Shown here in pieces: positions 24,295-36,975 of a stretch of DNA of 64,000 bases. Where the stretch lies: contig NC_042997.1 in assembly GCF_006345805.1 (NCBI RefSeq), positions 40,362,001 through 40,426,000 of the forward strand. Reading direction: 5' to 3'. The translations under genes were made by a program, and so were the position numbers. A model generated the notes under the pieces. The model ran no database searches. It saw nothing but the letters and a program-made list of their open reading frames with translations, and had not been told where the DNA came from. How positions within the stretch are numbered: the first letter of the stretch is position 1; each line of letters starts with the position of its first letter. This DNA is from Octopus sinensis. Taxonomy: Eukaryota.

Positions 24295-24783
24295 GTTCAA
24301 TTTATTAAAAAAGTCTTTGTTATGTACAAGTTGGTTGGCAAATTTTCATAATTTATCATCAAAGATTTATTCTTGTTTAAGATATCCATATTTATAGGCT
24401 TTGAAATCACAGAGGAATTTTATTCGAAAAATATTTAAATATATGTAGTTATATATTTAGAAATCAATAATTTCTTAAATTCTTTTAAATTACGTAATGT
24501 CCAATTCTGCTAGAAAGAAGCGTAACTCCTCTTCCTACAGTTGTGAGCTGAAACTGAGACGAATTAATATTTCTCTCACATTTCAATAAGTGTTTTTTTT
24601 CCTTTTTTTTACAATTTGAGAATAACACGCCAGAGTTATTAAGTTTTTATAAAATATTTCAGTTATATTTCATCTGTGCCATATATAACTATAATATGAA
24701 TGTTAGGAAAAGAATAAATATAAATGAACCTATAGATACTTGGGCTAAATCTTGTGTTTTGAATAACGGTATATTCCAATAAA

Positions 24784-25165
24784 GGCAGCATGCTGGCAGA
24801 TGCGTTAGCACGACGGACAAAATGCTTCGCGGCATTTCGTCTGCCGCCACGTTCTGAGTTCAAATTTGCCGAGGTCGACTTTGCCTTTCATCCTTTCGGG
24901 GTCGATTAAATAAGTACCAATTACGCACTGGGGTCGATATAATTGACTTAATCCATTTGTGTGTCCTTGTTTGTCTTCTCTGTGTTTAGCCCCTTGTGGG
25001 TAGTAAAGAAATAGGCATTTCTCTGGTTTTACGTTTTGAGGTCGCCTTTAACTTTATCCTTTCGGGGTCGATAAAGTAAGTTCCAGTTGTGCACTGAAAT
25101 CGATGTAATCGATTAACCTCCTTCCCTAAAATTCCAGGTCTTGTGCCTATACTTGAAAGGATAAC
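24784..25165 (+). mobile_element. Two tandem Meta-domain-like SINEs with different 3' tails
   Basis: gtcgactttgcctttcatcctttcggggtcgat domain twice. First tail gtttagccccttgtgggtagtaaagaaata, second ggtcttgtgcctatacttgaaagga. Confidence 0.85.
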
Positions 25166-25662
25166 ATAACTTTCCAAATTAATTTGCTCTAAGAAACAAA
25201 TTCTATAAATAGCACCCGGAATTAACATTTATAATTAAGTGGACATTTTCTATAATTTCTGTTTCCATCTAGATTAAACTGGTTCCTTTTGTTATGTTGC
25301 TTTATCTTTCATCTGGAACTATTGAAGTTTCTCTGAACGGCTCATTAATGTCATGATATTTACTTTACGTTACTTTGGTCTTCTTTATATTTGGTCAGCT
25401 TAAGCCAGCAGTATTAAGTAAGTAATCATTGATATTTTATGTAAAAGCAGTTGCTTTCAGCCGTATCTGATACATTGGCTTTAAATTATTAGGAATTTTC
25501 GTGTTTCATCTCCATATCATACTCTAACATTAAAAAAAATTTTGTTGCTATGGAATCCATCATTTAATCGTGTCTGCAATAACTTAGTTGTAGTCTAGAA
25601 TAATTTTCTTATGAATTTCGTTGAAGGTGTTCTAGAAGAATTTTCTTATTATAAATTCTTCG

Positions 25663-25885
25663 AAGGCAACGACCTGACAGAGCGTTAGAACGTCGGCAAC
25701 AAATAGTTATGGTGGTTCTTTTGGCTCTATATCTTTATGCCCTGAGGTCAAATCTGACCGAGTTCAACTCTGTTGTTCATCCCTCTGGAATCGATAAAAT
25801 AATGTTCTACTTTATTACTAGGCTCGATGGTATATTCTAAGTCCCTCACCCCCAAATTGCTGCTGTTGTTCCTAATGAAAATAAG
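25663..25885 (+). mobile_element. Degenerate Meta-domain-like SINE
   Basis: aaggcaacgacctgacagagcgttagaacg...ttcatccctctggaatcgataaaat. Confidence 0.7.
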
Positions 25886-26199
25886 TTCTTTTACTGCTTT
25901 TGTGCCAGTTGAAAATAAGTTCTTTACTTTTATGAAAATCCCTGCCAGCGTTTATTCTCTTTCCCTGTCTTTCTTAATTATTCTGGATATAAGTCTCTTA
26001 TCAATTCAAAGTGCTTAAATACGTTTTGGTAGTATTTTAGGGCAATTCAGAAGAATATCTTTAATTATCCAAAATATACATATTTTAGATAATACATAAC
26101 GTGTTCGCCCTCGGATGCTATGACACTTCAGATGAGTTAGATGGTCGGAGCTCCGTCTGTTTAATACTAACACTGCTAGCACAGTTCTTCATCAGATCC

Positions 26200-26600
26200 A
26201 TTAGAAAAAAACTAGATGCATAACAGAAGCTATTCTCTCAGATGTGTCCTTCCACAGCCCATAGACAGTAACAACTCTGTGCACTAGGATCTCATAAGGT
26301 TTCAATTAAAACTGTGCTACAACTGTTCAGGCAGAAAATACCAAGGCCTACAACACCTGGAGAATCTCTCCCAATCCTCGAAACCGACTGGAATTAACCC
26401 GACATCACAACTCTTTTAAGACAATTATATAGACTCCTTCTCCCCTCTTGTTTTCGCTCGCATTGTGTCCAAGACACAGACGCTGTACTAATCCTTTCCT
26501 CCCCCAGAACGTCAGCCCCTGGAATTCCTTCTCCGTTCCTGTCTGTGTCAACTGGAAAAGCATTAGAGAGTCCGTCTCTTCAATCCGCTCGTAGCGCCGC
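26200..26600 (+). mobile_element. Decayed LINE ORF2 3' region
   Basis: Near 26478-26540, with one frameshift, RCTNPFLP/RTSAPWNSF resembles the CR1/Jockey C-terminal SFxPRTxxxWNxLP motif. Confidence 0.4.
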
Positions 26601-27621
26601 CTGCCTGATGTCCGTGACCAAAGAGGAGATAACTACTCCAAAATGTTTGCATCTCACGGTCAGCAAGCTGATCTAGGTGTATACACACCATCTGTCAACA
26701 AACGGGATATATTTTCCGTGCCAAAACGCAGTGAGTAGCTTGTTCTCCAGTTCGAACTTGCCTCAAGCATATTTGGACTGATAATAACATTGCAATTTCA
26801 CTTATCACTGCTTAGCTCTCACCCGCCATTGTAACATCAGAGAATGTATAACGTATGAGAGTAATATTATAAGACGATATAACCTTCATACGTTGAACAT
26901 ACATTTCCCCTATTTACAACAAGCAACTTGATGTATTATTTGGTCAACGGTGCTATTGAAACTTGCTTTGACCAAACACAGCACCAGAACAAAAAGCTTA
27001 TTTAGGCTCCTACGCTACCTGACTACAACTCTTCGGGCGAAAAGAAGCCATTTCATATATATATGTGTGTATATGTGTGTGTGAGTGAGTGTGTGAGTGT
27101 ATGTGTGTGAATGTGTGTGTGTGAGTGTGTGTGTGTGAATATGTGTGTGTAAGCGTGTGTTCGAAATGTTAGCTATACTCATATATAAAGCGTATAACTT
27201 GTATGTTGAACATACTAGTAGGCGTAGCTGTGAATTCAAGTGCTTTCTGAGTCATATAACGAGATAATTATCAATTCATTTTGGTTTATAACACATATCT
27301 ATAAATAATGGCCAATTAGCACATAAAAAAATGTTTACTCATCTTTGTGTGATCATGTATGTCAAATGGTTTAATTTTATATTACGTTTTATAATGCTCC
27401 TGTTGTCTATTAGACGTGATTATCTCATCTGTCAGTTTCTATTTCATCTTCGACATGCGCACAATGTTTAATTTGCTCCAAAATGCTTTGATAGGCTTCT
27501 TTTTGAGAATAAGGTTTCTTGAATAGTAAACGTTTTCAGTAAATGACAATTTCTAAAGTGCATAGAGGCTAGCAAAAAAACAGAAATTGGAAGAAATAAT
27601 TGAAGCCTTTATTACTTGTCA

Positions 27622-28092
27622 ACTCTTTTACTATTTTACTTGTTTCAGTCATTTGACTGCGGCCATGCTGGAGCACCACCTTTATAGTCGAGCAAATCGA
27701 CCCCCCCCCCGAGCTTATTCTTTGTAAGCCTAGTACTTATTCTGTCGGTCTCTTTTGCCGAAACGCTAAGTTACGGAGACGTAAACACACCAGCATCGGT
27801 TGTCAAGCGATGCTGGGGGGACAAACAGACACACAGACATAAGCACACACACACGCGCACACGCACACACACACACACGCACACACACACAGACACACAG
27901 ACACACACAGAGACACACAGACACACACACACACACATATATATATATACATATATCAAATCCACTCACAAGGCTTTGGTCGACCCGAGGCTATAGTAGA
28001 GAGACACTTGCCCAAGGTGCCACCCAGTGGGACTGAACCTGGGGCCATGTGGCTGGTAAGCAAGCTACTTACCACAGAGCCACTCCTGCACT
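27622..28092 (-). mobile_element. Full-length CORE-like tRNA SINE with internal (CA)n array
   Basis: Minus strand: head ggagtggctctgtggtaag, B box ggttcagtccc, caccttgggcaagtgtc core, internal microsatellite, tail ggtgctccagcatggccgcagtcaaatgactgaaacaagtaaaa. Confidence 0.9.
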
Positions 28093-28578
28093 TGCTGTTA
28101 ATAAATTTAGTGAAACTATTCCAAGTTAGGATCGAAACTAAACCACGGGTAAATTTTCCGTTAGTTCTAGCTTTGACTTTTTAAGGAATACAAAAGGGGA
28201 AAGCGATGACGTTTATGCCTGAAGTGAACGGAAGAGGTTGGTTGGTCTTTTATGTTTTACTGCATTCAATAAATATCAGAAAATGAAAATAAATAAACAA
28301 TGAAATGATTTTCAATCATTGTTAGTTGTTCCAAACAAACGAAGAACTATTACACTTTCAGATCATTTGAGGTCTTCAAATACTTGAAATCTGACAAGAA
28401 CTAAATAACGTTTTCCATTGCTTTTACAAACGATACTCTAATAATGTTTAGTGTCTCCTTTTCGGTAGAGGAAAGAAAATAATGGTTTTGACAAATCTAA
28501 ACATAAGCTGTATCGCCACATTATGTAAAAGCTGATTGAATTATTTAGCTAATTGTTTGAAGTTCTATAAATTGAGGC

Positions 28579-28784
28579 TAGTTCTTACAAAACAAGTCAG
28601 CGAATGAATAATCTATACTTATATCAGATCCAAGATTTGTTTAGAATCTACTTGGAAAAGTGGAAAAGAAAAGAATGAAGTTAGTTCTTACAATAGCAGT
28701 CAGCGAATGAATAATCTATATTTACATTGGATTCAAGGTTTGTTAAGAATCTTTTGGGAAAAATGGAACCGAAAAAGAATGATG
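28579..28784 (+). repeat. Diverged tandem duplication, about 103-bp unit
   Basis: tagttcttacaa..agtcagcgaatgaataatctata..aagaatga starts at 28579 and again at 28682. Confidence 0.9.
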
Positions 28785-29196
28785 CAATTACTTTACTAGT
28801 GAAAGGGTTATTGTACAATCTGATCTAAAGAGACCTAATAGCTTTTAAAAAGCTATTTGTATTTCTGACGCTTTTTCTACTGTGTAGAAAATGTTACAAT
28901 CCTATTATTGTGCAAACTTTCCAAAAGCTTTCTGACCATCTCCTTCAAAGAGAGATACGCCTGATGAAATTACTGCTATGATATTGGGAAAATATAACAA
29001 AGTAATCTGTTTAAAAAAACAGCAACAAAAATCTTAGTAAATAAGCAAATATATATATAAAATTCTTCCAATTATGTATAAATACATTCTTTCATAATTA
29101 TTTTTATTATCTCTATCCAAAGGAAACGAAATCAACTAATAGTATTTGCATCATAGAAAAACAACAGTTAATTGTTTTTTGATTTGAGTATATGTC

Positions 29197-29241
<45 letters not shown>

Positions 29242-29579
29242 AGGCTGTCATAGAAATGGAAGACAAAGAAAGTGCCACTGTGACGGTAACAGACAAGTAG
29301 TCGAGGCGTCAGGAATTCGTATCCTATATAAGTTCACAGGCAATATTTAAATCTGGCAAGCTATCTTCAAGTATAATGCCTTGTCTAAATCTTTTGGAGG
29401 AATACAAATAAATGTTTGTGATGAACCATTGTCTTATCCAGGAGGAGAATTGGCTCTCATCTAACGAAAGCTGAGATGAGCACGAAACTTATGGTTTTAA
29501 GGAAAATTGTCAGCTATGAACACACACTCACACACACACACATTTGTGTGTGCGTGTGTGTGTATATATGTATATACAC

Positions 29580-30012
29580 GTGGTCATCTTTCTTTTCTTT
29601 CAGGACTGTCTTAAGGACAGCACGTATCCTACCCCTCCCTTCTATCTTTTCTCTTGTCAAAGAAATATTTCTCCAGTGTTCGCTATTTTACCCTCGTTCT
29701 GTTCTAACGACCCTCCATGTTTGTTTCCGTTCGGTTTCCTTCTATGTCTCCTCTGTCCTGTTTTTGTTCCCAACTTTGACCCTCCAAAAATCCCAAATTT
29801 TATTTTGGTACTTATGGGAGCAACTGTCTTCGAAGACTCATATTGTGGTTCAGTGCTCGAAATGAGGAGTAGATAGACAGCCGACAACTAATGAAGGCTC
29901 GTTCTTTATGTTACTTGTCCTATTTTCCATTTGTTTCTCTGATCGTTTGCGTATTGAACTCATTTGCTTTCGTATTTCATGTTGTTTACTGTTGGTGACG
30001 TTCTGTACCCAT
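29580..30012 (+). mobile_element. PLE-terminus-like repeat between microsatellites
   Basis: Pyrimidine-rich body, ribozyme block and terminus ggtgacgttctgtacccatata shared with the 11 kb and 14.6 kb copies. Confidence 0.75.
29824..29899 (+). ncRNA. Non-circularly permuted hammerhead candidate (copy B, G5A, probably dead)
   Basis: ctgtct tcgaaga ctcATA ttgtgg ttcagt GCTC GAAA tgag gagtagat agacag ccgacaa CTAATGA A GG. Confidence 0.6.
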
Positions 30013-30134
30013 ATATACATGTGAATATATATATATATATATTCACATGTATTATATATATAATATGTAATAAGCATGTATATATATTATTTTATATTAA
30101 TATTTGATGGAACGCCATGCATTCATTTCCAAGT

Positions 30135-30181
30135 ATATGTATATATACATACATAGATACATACGTACGTACGTACATACT

Positions 30182-30256
<75 letters not shown>

Positions 30257-30275
30257 TGTGTGTGTGTGTGTGTGT
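30135..30275. repeat. (TA)/(CATA)/(TG) microsatellite
   Basis: Direct reading. Confidence 0.95.
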
Positions 30276-31304
30276 GATGTGGTTTGTTAGTGTCGTATGA
30301 TGTAGGTAATACTTCCTACTAATTTTGGAAAGCCTTTATCTATGTTAGTCGAAAGAGTAAATAACCTTCCCAGACATAAAAATAGACGGGTCAGTGAACG
30401 AAATGTTTATATTGAACAGAGTTACAAGAAGGACGCATAAAATGCAGTGACGCTCATACACAGTTAATACTCCAGAAATGGATAGAATATATACAGTGAT
30501 AGTATAATGTGGATAGCTTTATTTTGTCTTACGTATCAGAGTCCATTTGTTGTAAATAAATCAGTTTTAACGAATAATGTTTTAAAAGAAGATAACAATC
30601 TATGTTTTGAACATCTCGTGGAGCTTTGGCCAGGAAAAAAAGAACAAAAAAAAACTGAAGTTATTCGTTGTTAGAACTTCTAAGTCACAGCTTGGTAAAG
30701 TGTAATGCACCTGGGCTTCAAGAAGAAAACTCAACAGGGTAACTCTTTTTGGGATGATTCAACTTGCCAAAAGTGATAGCCAAATCTCTTCAAATTACAC
30801 CATATTCTTGAAAAAACAAAACGAAACAAAAAAAAAAAACAAATAGAAACGCACAATAATAAGGTAGCCTAAGATAAATAGAATGATGTTGCTATCGTTC
30901 TAACTTCTTTTGCCTGGTGTTAAACAACAACAATAATGTCTGCGGATCGACTACAGCATCATTGGTTTTGGGTTGTAGCTGTCGTTCCTTTCTCTTTTGA
31001 TTACTCGACTGGATCTGTTGCATCCGTTGGATCAGGAAGGAACTGTTAAAAAATATCTCATTGGAAACATTCCACCATTGTCTTTTTATTTTAGCAAGTT
31101 TAGTTTCACTAATGTTAGTTATTATTGCAGTTTTAGTTACAGGGTCAATGGTTGGAACATATCGATAAGAAACAATATGGTCTTTGATGTAACGTGTTAT
31201 TATAACTATAAAACAATATTAGAGATGAGGAAAATGACAGAGATAAAAAAAAGCTTAGAGGGAAAGAGAGAACCTAAAATATAGGAGAGTAGAAAAATTA
31301 CAGA

Positions 31305-31306
31305 GA

Positions 31307-31350
<44 letters not shown>

Positions 31351-31505
31351 GGTGGGGAGAAATGTAAGGGAGAAAGATGCTTACAGAGAAATAGTCATTG
31401 GAGTGAATATCTCAACACATTAACAAAGAGGGATAGAGAGAAAGAGAGAAAGAGAGAAAGGGAGAAAGAGAGTGAGAGAGAAAGAAAGAGAAAAAGAAAG
31501 AGAAG
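31305..31505. repeat. (GA)n and GA-rich low-complexity tracts
   Basis: Direct reading. Confidence 0.9.
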
Positions 31506-33391
31506 GTGATTAACATGAAAAGGGGTAGAAAAAAATCGCTGAAGGACACTCCATTTTAATGAAGAGGAAGAAAAACTTTCGAGTATTGATTTGGATAGAG
31601 ATTTAATAGGATAGTTATTAAGTTAAAACTCTGCACACAGGATTAGCCTGAATGGATGGCGATATTTATTCCACAAGAAATAGCGATGGTATAATGATGT
31701 GATGCAACTTGCCCAGTTAACAGCGACTTAGTCTTCTCCTATAAGTCTTCGTTCTGACAAACCTAAATATTTTAGAATCAAACATAATCTAGAATATGAT
31801 ATATAAGGTTTAGATTCTCCATTGCATAAATATTTGTGCTTTAAATAATTACGTACTTTGTAGTTATTTGCGGACGATTATATATGTAAAGGTATGTGAT
31901 AGTAATAACCCATTAAATTGTAATACACCACTAATGTCAGTCTTCCGGTAATGTATCTGATATAAGTCAACATGGTACATTACCATACGACAACGATGTG
32001 ATTTGGCCGCAGCATTACAAATGAACGAAAGTATACAGTACACTTGCTTAAAGTGCTTCTCTTTCTCATTTATCATCTACCTATTTATCTTATTGCATCC
32101 ATTTGCTGTTTAGTAAGCTGAATCATTCGCGTTCATTCTTATGGAAATTGTTCAGGTTATAAATAAAAATATAAATTAGGTAAAATTTAGTCGGTAGTTG
32201 GATATTGTATTCATTTGGTTCTCACGAAATTTATTTAGATATGATTGTAATTATACATGTTTTCTTTTAGACTAATATTAAGCTCTGTTAAAGCTGTTGC
32301 AAGCGTCATAAAGAAGATCAACAGGTGAACTCCTCGTCGACTAATACAATATAGCTTTATTTTCAGCAGAAGATGGCCCATGTCATTTTACGTCGTCACT
32401 AGCACTCACGGAAAAGGCAGAAGTAGACCTTACGGTTTCCTAAGTTCCACTTATCTAAAGTATAGAGACTAGTTCCTCCACTGAAAATGATACTAAAATT
32501 TCGAACACAGCTCCATTACGCTAACTCGAGAAAGGTTTAAAGACAACATTGTGTATAATTAAAAGAAACCAATATTTCAATATTAATGTAATAAGAGTCG
32601 TATAGGAAGAGGTAAGTTTCCAACAAGCAGATATTGAGGCAGCATTTAAAGCAACATGTCAACTCAATAATTCCCTTCTGCGAATATAATTGTAATTTCC
32701 CTTTAAAGACAATTCATTTTACGGTAGCCACTTATACCACAAGAAAATTCTATAAACGTTTCAATATATTAAAATATGTAACATTTCTGACGAGTAAAGT
32801 AAACAAATATTTCAATAAAAGGGTTTAATAAGTTCAACTGCTGCTAGAAGTGAAGACTAACATTTTGGTCTCTGGGTAGTCATGGCAGATAGAGGAAGAT
32901 AAAGACTGTAATATTGTGGCTTAACTGCTGTCATTTGAATAGCTTAACTATTGTCATATGAATAGGTTATAGTTAAAGTTACAACGCTACTTTCTCTATC
33001 ACAGACTCTCTGGCGAAAGCTATTAGTCTGAAATATTAAATTTTTCACACTCCACGGCGGCAACTGTATTTACTGAACACATCTGAGAATTTTTATATAG
33101 AATTTTTTTATAGGTGTTGATACAGTCCAACATGACTTTCGTCGTATCTCATATATTTTACCCAATATTTCAATCACACATACAGAATATTTTCATTTAT
33201 TTTACTTAAAATCACAATCGTCATCAGGGACATCAAAATCAAGTCGGTAGTGAAGCGCGTAGCTCGGACTATCATGATAGATTTTCTATAATGAAAAACT
33301 AAAACCTCGGAGGATGTCGCCACTCTCCCTCTTGAAAATTCTATCGTAGTCATTTTTTACTAGCTACTGTAGTAGTCATTTTCCTTCTAAG

Positions 33392-33515
33392 TGGACAGGA
33401 GCGATACGAAATGAATCGTTGTATTCTCTGGCACAACACAGGCAGTCTGGGAATCGATCACGTGATCTTATGGATCATGAGCACGATACTTAAACCTGTA
33501 GAACATGCGCCTTCA
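33392..33515 (-). mobile_element. Degenerate SINE head (V/CORE-like family)
   Basis: ggagcgatacgaaatgaa...cacaacaca...gggaatcgatc...catgcgccttca. Confidence 0.55.
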
Positions 33516-35593
33516 ATAATTAAAGTAAAAGTAAAATAATGATTCATGGAAGTTGACATTCAAAACGGATTTATTAGTAATATAGGAAGCATACATTAGA
33601 CATTTCTTAAACGATTTCTCGTAAAAAAAATTCTCTTTACAATAATGAATAACAATTTTAGCTTCACTAATTACACTACTCATCAGTGTTTTTACTGACA
33701 TTTTGGTCTTTCAGCTTTTTGCTTTTTTTTTACAGATAATTACGAAATGTATTGAATCGAATATGTAAGAACATATGAATATTAGGAAATTATCATATGG
33801 CTATATGCTTTATATTCGTCTTATACTGTTGAATATCTCTGTACTTCCTCTGTTCAAAAACTGGCATGATGAAATTTGATTTTGATTTATAGGGATAAAT
33901 TAAATAGATAGGAATATACGTACTGAATTGAATCAATCATTTATATCCTTCCAATATTTTTCAATTTTTAATTCAATTTCCCTGCCCCCAGCATTTTCAT
34001 AAGTTTCTTCAAAACGTTCATTAATGCTATTAGATTTTCAGTTAGGCCTTGTTTCATACGTTCTGGGTAATATAAAGATTTCCTTTCATAAGTTCTGAAT
34101 TTCTCTGGAGTTGTAAAAAAATGGGAAATGTTTATCTTATATGATACAAGAACGCCATGAAAATGTGCCTTAATGTTTCACATGTGATACGCAGGAATGC
34201 CAAAGGTTAAGAATTTTTTTATGAAATTGAATATATTCCTACAAATATTTATTTATACATCATTGACATGTTAGCAAGTAGCACAGAGCAAGAAGTATAG
34301 GCAAATTAATTCTAGTTAAAACCTTTTCACTTTGTTTTCACTGCCACTATACTTGAAATAGACTCAAGCTTCACAATGTCCTACTAAAACCCCTTACAAA
34401 TATGCAGTCATTCAGCTTGTAAAAAAGTATTTCCATTAATGTTAGGGTTATTCTCAATATATCTCTATTAAGACACTCATTCAAAGATACGCATATAATT
34501 TATATTAATTTGACTTCGTGTTTTACTTCCTAAATTATATTCCTTTATTTAATATTAGGGAATTCTTATCTCCCTTCATTATTTGAATAAGAAATTGCAA
34601 GTAATTAAGATAAATTGCAAGCAATTACGATAAAAACAAAACCTGAAAAGTACGAAATACTTATTTCAGTTTTTCCTGCATTTTACTAATTTTATAATAG
34701 CTCTAAACATAACATTGAACAAGTTAGTTTCAAATGACTATAGTAGTTTTTTTTGCTATCGAAATATTTTTACTAGCTTGATAGCAACCTCTGCATGCAA
34801 CGGCGCTACACTCTCATTGTGAAAGGTTTGTATTCATAGCTGTAAATTGATAAGATTCATTGACTCATTTGAGAACCAGATGAAGGCAAAATGGCTGACA
34901 TTATGAATGCATTCTCTTCTGTTTTCATGATTAGAATCGTATAAACTTCTGTCTTTAACATAAAAAAATGTCACCCTGGTTCATGTGATAAAGCAAAATT
35001 AATTGGATTTTACTATCCAGCTCTTGAGCGCAAACTGAAGAGTTAAGATGAAAACATTTTACAAAGAAACAAAGAAAAACAAATGTATTCAATAAATATT
35101 TTTCATCATTGCAGCTATAGGGATCTTCGTGCAGATCAATGTATCCATGTTAATGGTTGTGTGCAAGAAGACATGCATTTCAATTAACGAGTGCATGTGC
35201 ACATGTACACACTGCACTATACACGCATCCTCACACACACGGTTGATTTACGACAGCATATTTTAATAAACTAATAAAATTGCTGAAGCGGTGTAGAATG
35301 CGATATCAATAGAATACTTTGCGGAATGTCAGCAGCTGGATCAGGGATTAATATCCGCTGGTAAAACATTTAATCCAAGTAGCGAATAGTAAGCAGCAGC
35401 ACTACTGTGAAACAGGTCATAATTTATCCTTCAACACTTAGTAATGTGGGAATTAAAATTTTACACCATATATATATATATATATATATATATACACCGG
35501 AGTAAACACATAAATGTGAAACAAGGTGGAAAAAAGAGTACTCAAATACCAGTGGTAGAATATATGGTTTATTTAAAGCAGCAGAAAATTCAA

Positions 35594-35643
35594 CAAAACC
35601 TGTTACTCTGAGTTTCACGTTCCCGTTCGTCGGACAGTTTTTG
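35594..35643 (-). ncRNA. Type I hammerhead-like motif, U4C core
   Basis: Minus strand: caaaaactgt CCGACGA ACG ggaa CGT GAAA CTC a GAG TA acaggttttg. Confidence 0.75.
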
Positions 35644-35717
35644 CTAGCAAGAAAAAAACAGGGCTAAGGGTAACAATACAGGAAAAAGGCATAAGGGAGT
35701 ATACAAAGAGTAAACCG

Positions 35718-35753
<36 letters not shown>

Positions 35754-35807
35754 TTTATTTAAAGCAGCAGAACAGGTTTTGTTGAATTTTCTGCTGCTTT
35801 AAATAAA

Positions 35808-35847
<40 letters not shown>

Positions 35848-35920
35848 GCGGTTTACTCTTTGTATACTCCCTTATGCATTTTTCCTGTATTGTTACCCTT
35901 AGCCCTGTTTTTCTTGCTAG

Positions 35921-35970
35921 CAAAAACTGTCCGACGAACGGCAACGTGAAACTCAGAGTAACAGGTTTTG
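35921..35970 (+). ncRNA. Type I hammerhead-like motif, U4C core
   Basis: caaaaactgt CCGACGA(35931-37) ACG gcaa CGT GAAA(35948-51) CTC a GAG TA^acaggttttg. Predicted cut after 35960. Confidence 0.75.
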
Positions 35971-36527
35971 TTGAATTTTCTACTGCTTTAAATAAAGTAT
36001 ATATATATATATATATATATATATCGAATGTCCTGTCCGTGTTTATTGTATCGTCTTCTAAGAGTTATACGTTCTTGTCCATGTTGTATTTTTCTACATA
36101 CCTTAATATATATATATATAGACGCGGTTTACTCTTTGTATACTCATTTATGCCTTTTTCCTGTATTGTTACACTTAGCCCTGTTTTTCTTGTGCTTGTG
36201 CGTATATAAACGTGTGTATGAACCTTTATGGTGCGCGTGTGTGGGGGGGGGGAGGGGGGTTGTATGTATATACATATATATTTGGCGAATGGTGAGAGTA
36301 GGGATGTGTACGTTTTCAAGTGAGGGTGGATGAATGCATACATTTAGGCGCACGCAAGCGGGTGTGCAGGCGCGCATGTGTAGGTATGAACATGCGCGCT
36401 TACGCGAATACTATGAACATTTTTACCCCCTTACTTAGCGGTCATTCAAATAGCTCTTTTGTCTTAATAACGGTCAATCACACAGTAATTTCCCTTTGTA
36501 TAACGGTCATTTTTCATAGCATTTTCC

Positions 36528-36607
36528 CGATAGCCGGATAACTGAAGAGATGGCGGCGTGGATTTCCACCTCGGCATACGAAACTCGGAGTTTAATCATG
36601 GCTACCG
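36528..36607 (+). ncRNA. Type I hammerhead ribozyme motif, canonical core
   Basis: tagccggataa CTGAAGA(36542-48), long imperfect stem II gatggcggcgtgga/tccacctcggcatac, GAAA(36580-83) CTC g GAG TT^taatcatggcta. Confidence 0.75.
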
Positions 36608-36636
36608 AATATTACACGTATTACATTTACAGATAC

Positions 36637-36650
36637 ATATATATATATAC

Positions 36651-36721
<71 letters not shown>

Positions 36722-36730
36722 CATACATGT
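36637..36730. repeat. (TA)n microsatellite
   Basis: Direct reading. Confidence 0.95.
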
Positions 36731-36760
36731 ATAGATGTATCTAGTGGAGTAGTGGAGTAG

Positions 36761-36975
36761 TGGAGGCACGTGGTATAGTGGTGTTGCACTCTTAATCATA
36801 AAATCATGGCTTCAGTTCCTGAACCGGCTGATGCGTTGTGTTCTTGCTCAAAACACTTCATTTCACTTTGCTCTCTGCTGGCGAAAATGAGCACCCCTGC
36901 GACGGGGTGTCGTCCCATCCAGGGTGGAGAATATATACACCTCTGAATCTGAGAATCAGGCCTTATGATCCCACA
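36761..36975 (+). mobile_element. tRNA-derived SINE (V-domain-like)
   Basis: ggaggcacgtggtatagtgg head, gcgttgtgttcttgctcaaaacacttcatttcac, cctgcgacggggtgtcgtcccatccagggt. Confidence 0.75.

Larger units (their letters stand above)
35495..36195. mobile_element. Cluster of PLE-terminus-like copies in inverted and direct orientation separated by (TA)n
   Basis: 35568-35718 is the near-perfect reverse complement of 35848-35996. Central mini-hairpin 35753-35808. Partial direct copy 36121-36192. Confidence 0.85.

Noticed and set aside
28837-28857. 10-bp AT-rich palindrome
   Set aside because: Expected by chance at this base composition.
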